Assembly (NCBI GenBank): GCA_964473825.1
Contig: CAYYQL010000014.1
Location: 1-63,692 of the forward strand
Origin: an uncultured archaeon
Lineage (GTDB): Archaea > Asgardarchaeota > Thorarchaeia > Thorarchaeales > Thorarchaeaceae
Direction: 5' to 3'
Length of the DNA: 63,692 bases
The notes beneath the pieces were generated by a model that saw only the letters and a program-made list of their open reading frames with translations, searched no databases and was not told the origin of the DNA. Of the stretch, positions 56,611 to 63,692 are shown one piece after another (the stretch's first letter is position 1; each line of letters begins with the position of its first letter). The position numbers and the translations under genes are program-made.

Positions 56611-59379
56611 ATGCTGAGATATGCCTTCAAGCGGGTAATCCGTGGGTACCGACTGTTTGCCGCACTGACTGTAGGCGTACTCATCGCGACGACGTTCTTC
56701 GCCAGTATGATTATTTCAGCAGACGTTCTATCACGGGAGGCTCTTACTAGCGCCCTAGCTGAAATAGACTATGATGTACGTATCAATGCTAACAACATGA
56801 CTTGGACTAACACTCAGGCACAAGAACTGAATGAACTGCTTGAGGCGCTTCCTGAGGTATCAACTGCTCACCGCTATGGTCGCCTGCCATTTACATTCAA
56901 TGAGACATTAGGACAGTCATTCGATCTGATAGGACTTGAGAGCGACTCCACAGTGTGGCATACGCTAGAGCATGTGAATGGTAGTACTAGCCTTGGTGCG
57001 AACGAGACCTTGGTAGTTTCCAGTTCTGTGAATGCCTCGGTCTTTGATGTTGGCGATATAGTGGAGGTCCCGATTAGATATAGGACGACCGAATTCCCAT
57101 TCATTGAAACAGTCACACTGAATCTTACAATAGCAGGATTTGTCGATATTCCTGAGCGGACTGCTCGCCTCTTGAACCCCCCAAGGGCCATTGACCTAGG
57201 TTTTATCTCGATTGAGATCGGTAACTGGCGTGACTATAGCATACTTGTGGCTGACTGGACACTCACCTTCGAACCCGTAATCGAATGGTTTGGAACGCAG
57301 GAGAATGCAACCCAACTGGGCCTGGCTCAAGGTTTTTTGTGTCAATTGAACCGAGAGCTGGTCATTAATCCCTATGACTTGTCAGCCTCTTCGGCAAATG
57401 TAGGAAATGCCATCGCAAAGATCGAAGACCGCACTGTCGCCTACAATACGCAGGTAACGAACCTTGTTGGGAGAACTCTTTCTCTATTGTCTTTGACATC
57501 AGGAATCCTTGTTCTTGCCTTTGTAAGCCTGGCTGCACCCGTGATATTCATGAGCTGGTACTCTTCGACGATGTTGAGTGATGTCAGCTACAATCTCAGA
57601 CGACGTGAGTTTGGACTTCTCCAGACCAAGGGCTTTCAGCCGAAGGTCATCAAGCGTATGCTCGTCTTTGAGGGTCTCATAATCGGGCTCATCGGAGGTA
57701 TAGCAGGTCTCTCGCTGGGAACCATCCTTGCACATGTGATTGTGGATGTGGCGGTGGGCAATTTCCTTCTCGCCATGACAGGCAACTGGGTTAATGTCTT
57801 TGCTGTCATAGGTTTCGGACTATTCATCGCGTACTGGTCCGTACGCGGTCCGGCAGACAGAGCCTCGAAGCTCGAGCCTTTGGACACTCTCAAGCAGTAT
57901 GTCTACGTTGAGGAGCAGAGGCAATACAAGCGACTACTGCCCACAATCGCGCTGGTACTCGGGACCTACAAGATTGTTGCTTGGATTCTGGGAATCAATA
58001 TGCAGACTCTCCTTGGAGCCGCTGCAGGTTCTGGTCTGATTGTTATAATCGCCATAGCACTGTGGACTCCGGTAGACGCCTTTCTGAACTTCGCGGGCCC
58101 AATCATGTTTCTCTACGGTTTAACGAAGACTCTTCTAAGAGGATCTCAGAAGTTCCAGGAGTACGTGGTGCAGGCAGGCAGAAGATTCTTCGGAGCTTTT
58201 GGAAACCTGGCCACGAGAAATGTCAGACGAAATCCCGTGAGAAACGCGGCTCTCGTGTTTGTGGTTTCACTGATTGTGTCGTATGGCCTATTCAGTGTGG
58301 GGAGCCTGTTCTCAGAGCAGGACAGACTCAATCGGACGAATCTCTATGAGGTTGGCTCAGATGTCGCTGCCGTATTCAGCGCAGGAACCGATTTCTCTGA
58401 AAGCATCAACGCCATCAAGACGATTGATGGTGTTCAAGCAACTACTGTCGAGTATCATGTTTCCATGAGTTCAACCCGTGGAACAGTAACGACGCGGGGA
58501 ATATCGGCAGACAACTGGACAGAGGCAGCATTCTATGAAGAAAACTGGTTTTCAGGGGACACCATAGAAGGTATGTTGCAGGATTTCGCGGGGGCGAAAA
58601 TCATCCTGTCTGTTGCAGTGGCAAGGCAGCTTGAACTCCGAATCGGAAATCAGATTGCGCTACGTGCTCCAGACACCGGGACCTACCATCAGATGGAGAT
58701 AGTCGGGCTGGTCGGTTACGTGAGTCCCATTGAAGACGTTCTCGGGCAATTTGCGTTCAGTGGCTCTTATCCTTCATACATGCCGGCAGGATTCCTCAAA
58801 GATATCGGCTTGTTGCAGTATGCAGAGAGTCACGTACTCCTGAAGACGCAAACGAGCGTGAACGGGACACACATCGAACAGCGAATCCGCGAGATTGCCC
58901 CGGCTGTTTCTTCTACTGATTCGATGACCTCACGAACCACTGACGCTTCGAATAATCTGTTCCAGCTGGGGGGTACACGGGCACGATGGGTTGGCGTGGC
59001 ATTTGGTGCAGTCCTTGCTATACTCGGAACGGGACTTGTCGTGGGACTGACCTTGAAAGAGAAAGAATACGAAATCACTCTCCTAGCGGTCCGCGGCTTC
59101 ACAAAACGACAGGTGCTCAAGGTCTTGACTGCTGAGGTCATGGTGATGGTGCTCTTCTCCCTGATCTTAGGGATAGGTACTGGGTTTGTTCAGCTCTTCG
59201 GGGACATCGCGAATACTACTCAGAACGCACAGACGCTTGTCGTACCCCGAGTGGTCCTGACTCCTGTGTCAGTACTGAGTATGCTTGCCATAGGATTGGC
59301 AGTTGTGGTCTCGGCCACTGTTCCGGTGGTCTGGGCGGCACGATTCAATGAACAAAAGGTGGACGTTCTAAGAGAGTAG
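56611..59379 (+). CDS. ABC transporter permease, FtsX/MacB-like (duplicated)
   Basis: RRREFGLLQTKG and KEYEITLLAVRG motifs; two large extracytoplasmic domains; LATRNVRRN. Confidence 0.9.
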   Translation: MLRYAFKRVIRGYRLFAALTVGVLIATTFFASMIISADVLSREALTSALAEIDYDVRINANNMTWTNTQAQELNELLEALPEVSTAHRYGRLPFTFNETLGQSFDLIGLESDSTVWHTLEHVNGSTSLGANETLVVSSSVNASVFDVGDIVEVPIRYRTTEFPFIETVTLNLTIAGFVDIPERTARLLNPPRAIDLGFISIEIGNWRDYSILVADWTLTFEPVIEWFGTQENATQLGLAQGFLCQLNRELVINPYDLSASSANVGNAIAKIEDRTVAYNTQVTNLVGRTLSLLSLTSGILVLAFVSLAAPVIFMSWYSSTMLSDVSYNLRRREFGLLQTKGFQPKVIKRMLVFEGLIIGLIGGIAGLSLGTILAHVIVDVAVGNFLLAMTGNWVNVFAVIGFGLFIAYWSVRGPADRASKLEPLDTLKQYVYVEEQRQYKRLLPTIALVLGTYKIVAWILGINMQTLLGAAAGSGLIVIIAIALWTPVDAFLNFAGPIMFLYGLTKTLLRGSQKFQEYVVQAGRRFFGAFGNLATRNVRRNPVRNAALVFVVSLIVSYGLFSVGSLFSEQDRLNRTNLYEVGSDVAAVFSAGTDFSESINAIKTIDGVQATTVEYHVSMSSTRGTVTTRGISADNWTEAAFYEENWFSGDTIEGMLQDFAGAKIILSVAVARQLELRIGNQIALRAPDTGTYHQMEIVGLVGYVSPIEDVLGQFAFSGSYPSYMPAGFLKDIGLLQYAESHVLLKTQTSVNGTHIEQRIREIAPAVSSTDSMTSRTTDASNNLFQLGGTRARWVGVAFGAVLAILGTGLVVGLTLKEKEYEITLLAVRGFTKRQVLKVLTAEVMVMVLFSLILGIGTGFVQLFGDIANTTQNAQTLVVPRVVLTPVSVLSMLAIGLAVVVSATVPVVWAARFNEQKVDVLRE

Positions 59380-60270
59380 ATGAATATGGTATCTTACATT
59401 GAAACGAAGGACTTGGTTAAGGTCTATCGGCTTGGTGAAGTGGAAGTTCAGGCCTTGAGAGGTCTCTCCATGAAGATTGAGCAGGGTGAGATGGTTTCGA
59501 TTGTCGGACCAAGCGGTTCAGGCAAGACCACTCTCCTCAACATCATAGGCGGGTTGACTGGAGCCACGGCGGGGCAAACTTGGGTGGCAGGTCGGGAGAT
59601 CACAAATGCCAGTCCTGCCCAGCTCGGAATCATGCGCCAGAAGGTAGTCGGCCACATATTCCAGACGCTCAACCTCATCCCGACACTTACTGCCTATGAG
59701 AATGTGGAACTTCCCATGCTTGCGGTCAAGGCCCCTACTAGCGAACGAAAGACTCGAGTGAAGGAGCTTCTTGAGACCGTGGGTCTAGGTCTGCGGATGA
59801 ACCACAAACCGGACGAGCTCAGCGGTGGCGAGAAACAACGGGTAGCTATTGCCGCAGCTCTGGCCAACGACCCTCCAATCCTCATCTGTGACGAGCCCAC
59901 TGGAGACCTCGACACAGATACTGGTGCCATGATAATCGAGTTTCTGCATAGAGTGAACAAGGAGATGGGTAAGACTATCATAATCGTAACTCACGATCCC
60001 GCTCAGGCCAGACAGACCGAGAGAATCTATCGAATCATGGATGGTCGTATCATATCGGTCCAGAAGCCCAGCGAATCAGAAGAGGCAAACGCTGCGATGA
60101 GGGCGCAGATGTACAAAGACAGACTGGCTGAAACCAAGGCAGAACTCACAGACCTCAACTTGATGTTTCGTGAACAGAAGATATCTCCTGAGAATTTCGC
60201 AGAGCGTTACCAGAATCTCACTCAGACGAAACAGTTCTTGGAGCAAGAGCTCCACAGAATGGGTTTCTAG
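59380..60270 (+). CDS. ABC transporter ATP-binding protein (LolD/MacB-like) with C-terminal helical extension
   Basis: GPSGSGKT, LSGGEKQRVAIA, DEPTGDLD, VTHD. Confidence 0.95.
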   Translation: MNMVSYIETKDLVKVYRLGEVEVQALRGLSMKIEQGEMVSIVGPSGSGKTTLLNIIGGLTGATAGQTWVAGREITNASPAQLGIMRQKVVGHIFQTLNLIPTLTAYENVELPMLAVKAPTSERKTRVKELLETVGLGLRMNHKPDELSGGEKQRVAIAAALANDPPILICDEPTGDLDTDTGAMIIEFLHRVNKEMGKTIIIVTHDPAQARQTERIYRIMDGRIISVQKPSESEEANAAMRAQMYKDRLAETKAELTDLNLMFREQKISPENFAERYQNLTQTKQFLEQELHRMGF

Positions 60271-60488
60271 CAAGGCAATAAGTCCACCATGAGGAAACGT
60301 GCGGGGTTGGGTAAACATCGAACAAGAATCTCGTCCACAGATGAAGCAAAGATGATCTGATTGAACAGCAGTTTTCATGAGATGCGATGAAATGACCCTT
60401 AGTTCTCTTTGCGTGACAGCGCGACGCTTCTCACAAACACGATGCCGGTTGAGTGTTCGGTGAGAATGCAGACGTGGTTCTTCAGCGA

Positions 60489-60824
60489 CTACCACACCAT
60501 CGGGGTATAGCCCTTCTTGATTAGGTCTGCTATCTTAGCACCTACGTAGTCGACTTCGATTCCCATGCTCTCAATCGACTCTGTTAAGCCGTCTCTGTCT
60601 GCCAGGAACTTGCAGGCAAGAGGCTCCATATCATCAGCAAGACCTGCAGACTCTGCGGCGACTTCCGAATCATCCACAAGAAGTCTTTCTGCGGGCCCAA
60701 AGAATATCACTTTCACATCATCCAGCCACTCATACTTCTTGGTATTCCTCGCATACATTAGAGCGGTAAGGACTTTTTCTCGCTCAGCAGATGATATGAT
60801 GACAAGGATTCTGTTCTTCGACAT
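60489..60824 (-). CDS. DsrE-family protein
   Basis: ILVIISS, DVKVIFFGPAE, LACK, GY.PMVW. Confidence 0.8.
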   Translation of the reverse strand: MSKNRILVIISSAEREKVLTALMYARNTKKYEWLDDVKVIFFGPAERLLVDDSEVAAESAGLADDMEPLACKFLADRDGLTESIESMGIEVDYVGAKIADLIKKGYTPMVW

Positions 60825-61013
60825 GGCAATCACTAGAGACCCCATTCAGACACAGATAAACCTCCTGATTGGGGTGTTCTATAGAGACAAGAGGAATATC
60901 ATGGCAAGCGTATGGAGACGCGTACAAAGGTCCACTTGACTCAATACCTGCATCTACTGCAAACTCGATATCCTTTTCTTGAAACGAGCACCACGAGGTC
61001 TAAGTGGTTGACT

Positions 61014-61883
61014 ATGCCAGTTCCCATAATTGTTGTCCATGGCGGAGCAACTGAGTTTGAAGAAGAGAACCATGAGGCAATCATTGCCGCAGTCGAAAAG
61101 GCCGCTCGAGTTGGATACTGTACTATGGGCAACGGTGGGTCAGCGCTGGACGCTGTTGAAGCTGCAATCTGGCAACTGGAAGAGACCACTTTGTTCACCG
61201 CGGGCCGTGGTGCTAGACCCAACACTGAGGGTGAGATCGAGCTTGATGCCATGATAATGGACGGCAACCGCCTGCAGAGCGGAGCCGTTATGGCAATCAA
61301 GGGTATCGTTCATCCAATATCTCTTGCTCGGTACATCTTGGAACGAACGAACAATTCACAATTTGCATCGGAAGGTGCAAAGCGTATCTATGACAAGATG
61401 GTTCATGAAAGATACCGGCAACAGAGTGATGTTGATTCTACTCTTCCTCCAGTGGTTTCTCAGGGTTGTGATACAGTTGGTGCGGTGGCCGTAGACACGT
61501 CAGGCCGGGTTGTGGGAGGTTCATCAACTAGCGGCTGGACCGGAAAGCTTCCTGGGCGGATAGGTGATTCACCTATTATCGGAGCGGGTGTGTACGCCAA
61601 TGATGTGGCTGCGGCCAGTTGTACAGGTAGAGGAGAGCAGATACTTCGAATAGTGATGGCTCGCATGGCTGTCTACCACGTTGAATCGGGCAAAACTATC
61701 CAGCAAGCAGTTAACACAGTCATGAGGGAACTCAGGGAGAAGACCAGCGGCGAGGCCGGTCTGATCATGGCTGACCAGAACGGAGAGGTAGGCCTTGGAT
61801 TCGATACCGCACACATGCCTGTGGCAATCAACGGTGGGAACAAACTTCGGCCATATTCGTCTATGCAGCCCGAATGGTCATAG
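61014..61883 (+). CDS. Isoaspartyl peptidase / L-asparaginase (Ntn hydrolase)
   Basis: IIVVHGGA, ELDAMIMDG, D|TVGAVA (Thr nucleophile), STSG, GRIGDSP, TGRGE. Confidence 0.92.
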   Translation: MPVPIIVVHGGATEFEEENHEAIIAAVEKAARVGYCTMGNGGSALDAVEAAIWQLEETTLFTAGRGARPNTEGEIELDAMIMDGNRLQSGAVMAIKGIVHPISLARYILERTNNSQFASEGAKRIYDKMVHERYRQQSDVDSTLPPVVSQGCDTVGAVAVDTSGRVVGGSSTSGWTGKLPGRIGDSPIIGAGVYANDVAAASCTGRGEQILRIVMARMAVYHVESGKTIQQAVNTVMRELREKTSGEAGLIMADQNGEVGLGFDTAHMPVAINGGNKLRPYSSMQPEWS

Positions 61884-61922
61884 CAGAGACCAGCGGCTGG
61901 TAACTCGTGCACCAGAGGACTT

Positions 61923-62381
61923 TTGAGGGTAACTTCACATACGCAAGTAGTTTCAGAAAGGGAAGTTAAACCATTGAGTCCAAGAGATCGCGAAGCGGTT
62001 GAAGATTGTCCTGTATTCGAAACATCGCAAATCCTCGGTAAGAAATGGGCTATACTAGTTCTCCAGACGCTCATGACGCCCGAGGCTGACGATGGTTTGA
62101 GATTCAACGAGATACAGAAGGAGCTCAGCTGGGTGAGTCCCAAGGTCTTGACACAACGGCTCCGGGAGTTTGAAGACGAGGCGATTCTTTTGAGAAACGT
62201 AGATGCCTCGGAGGTTCCTCTCAAAGTATCATATTCACTTACTGCAAAAGGGCGAGATCTTCTTCCAGTTATTGAAGCAATGCAGAAATGGGGTCTGAAG
62301 CATGGCAAGACAGAGACTTCCCGATGTCTCGGGAACGGTCTCAGAAGCTGTTATGGTTGCCGTACATCGGCTCAAGAATAG
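61923..62381 (+). CDS. HxlR-family winged-helix transcriptional regulator
   Basis: CPV.....LGKKW, RFNEI, SPKVLTQRLRE, VSYSLT.KG.DL. Confidence 0.9.
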   Translation: MRVTSHTQVVSEREVKPLSPRDREAVEDCPVFETSQILGKKWAILVLQTLMTPEADDGLRFNEIQKELSWVSPKVLTQRLREFEDEAILLRNVDASEVPLKVSYSLTAKGRDLLPVIEAMQKWGLKHGKTETSRCLGNGLRSCYGCRTSAQE

Positions 62382-62384
62382 GCC

Positions 62385-62858
62385 CTACTTCTCGCTGTCC
62401 TTGATAATCCTCAGAATCTCCTCTTCGACTGTTGGGGTCATTTTGGGTCTAGTCTTTATCCTTCCTACTTCTTCTCCCGATTTCTTGAATACGATTATCG
62501 TCGGACTGCTAGTGATCTCGAATACATCCACCTCTTTAGGACTAGGTGGGACTGCCCAGTACTTGTCTGAACCGCGTGGAGGCTTCTGCATACCTCCGAG
62601 TGCCCGAACTTCTATGTCGATCTCTTTCTCAAGGAGAGAGAGCACGGGAATGGCTCGTCGAGCATCTCCACACCAATCAGCAAACACAGCCACGATGACA
62701 TAGTCATCGGCATACTTCTTCAGTTCTTCAACAACCTCGTTCTTCAGCTCATAGCTCTGGGCAAAACGCACAAACCCTCCTCTGTACACTGGGGTCATCT
62801 CTTCGATGTACTCCTCACATCTGGGGCATTCGTCTGTAACGTCGTTTAGTGTCGGCAT
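62385..62858 (-). CDS. Thioredoxin-fold protein (WCGDA)
   Basis: VFADWCGDARRAIP, SPTIIVF..GEEVGRI; start ATG 62858 after AGGTGAG. Confidence 0.85.
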   Translation of the reverse strand: MPTLNDVTDECPRCEEYIEEMTPVYRGGFVRFAQSYELKNEVVEELKKYADDYVIVAVFADWCGDARRAIPVLSLLEKEIDIEVRALGGMQKPPRGSDKYWAVPPSPKEVDVFEITSSPTIIVFKKSGEEVGRIKTRPKMTPTVEEEILRIIKDSEK

Positions 62859-62942
62859 ATTACTCACCTTCGCTTGCTATGTTCAGTATCATGGTCACTG
62901 TCCATAGAGTGTTTGTGTAGGGTATATTTCAGTGTCGCTGCT

Positions 62943-63425
62943 TCAGTCTGGAGGACACACGATATCTGTTCCCTTCTCGCCTTTCTTCGACTGAAGAGGA
63001 AGCTGCTTCACCAATGCGATCACTCTCTCCAGATTCCTCTCATGATTCTTTTCGTCCTCTGCGAGGTGCTCCAAGAGGAACTTGCCTATGGGGTCATCCA
63101 TTTGTTTGGCTGCCTTAGCAGAAAGTTTTGCCATGGCAGTTTCTTTGCTCATGACCGAACGCATCTTCCTCTCCATCTTCACACGGTCAACGTATCGTTG
63201 GACCTTGGCACTCCATTCGTCACACGGAGTTGTTGTTAGAGCTTCGATTACACCCTCGAGAAACTTGACGTGCTTCCAGGTGTCTAGCCTAAGGTCCAGA
63301 TAGACCAGTTTCACTGCAGTTTCTCCTGCCTGATTCTCAAGCTCTGCAAGCTCCTCTAGTGCTTTGTTCTCTATCTCTATCTGATTCCTTAGTGTATTGA
63401 TGAGGATAGTAGTATCACTTACCAT
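62943..63425 (-). CDS. Ferritin-like four-helix-bundle protein
   Basis: Twice-repeated E..../(D/E)xxH pattern (IEIE..DTWKH; SKE..DEKNH). Confidence 0.75.
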   Translation of the reverse strand: MVSDTTILINTLRNQIEIENKALEELAELENQAGETAVKLVYLDLRLDTWKHVKFLEGVIEALTTTPCDEWSAKVQRYVDRVKMERKMRSVMSKETAMAKLSAKAAKQMDDPIGKFLLEHLAEDEKNHERNLERVIALVKQLPLQSKKGEKGTDIVCPPD

Positions 63426-63692
63426 TCCGTTAATCTCCTGATCATAAGCCTGTTTCTTTATTGTTAAGTAACTATATTTAAGTTTATGGTAGGTCAGGGC
63501 TCTGTAAAATAACTCTCATATTGTTCACGAAATGAATTCTGTGAACAACGAAATGGGTCTCTTCTGATAGTTTTGAGTTGCTCCATACAAGTTTTCCTTT
63601 ATCTAAGCCATGTGAACTCGATTTATTTTACAGGGCCGTAGGTCAGAATACGTAAACGGTACGTCTATCATGAAACAGGGTTTTCGAAGTAT

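Noticed and set aside
1-63692. CRISPR arrays, tRNA/rRNA genes, transposases or integrases
   Set aside because: No spaced repeats, cloverleaf with T-loop consensus, or recombinase motifs found by eye

Overview
Gene-dense archaeal chromosomal window. The archaeal-type TyrRS, MvhD-FdhA-FdhB(F420-type) module, TATA-like promoters, many single-pass surface proteins and zinc-ribbon membrane proteins suggest an Asgard (Thorarchaeota-like) genome; this is inferred, not proven. It holds central and anaerobic metabolism genes (ppdK, ADP-forming acyl-CoA synthetase alpha, formate dehydrogenase module, CoA-transferase A/B, class III aminotransferase), a putative prenyl-phosphate pentose glycosylation cluster, tyrS, an ABC exporter and a small redox cluster. 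Two elements stand out. (1) An unannotated ~148-nt intergenic element (55632-55779, +) folds by hand into a tight four-way junction closed by a canonical kink-turn and has its own TATA-like box, making it a candidate new ncRNA. (2) A translationally coupled pair of giant paralogous type-I membrane proteins (~2890 and 2579 aa) has long Ig-like stalks and a conserved ~185-aa cytoplasmic tail; one carries an inserted NHL beta-propeller, and a membrane-anchored metzincin lies directly upstream. This is a candidate adhesion/receptor system. No rRNA, tRNA, CRISPR array or mobile element was recognised.
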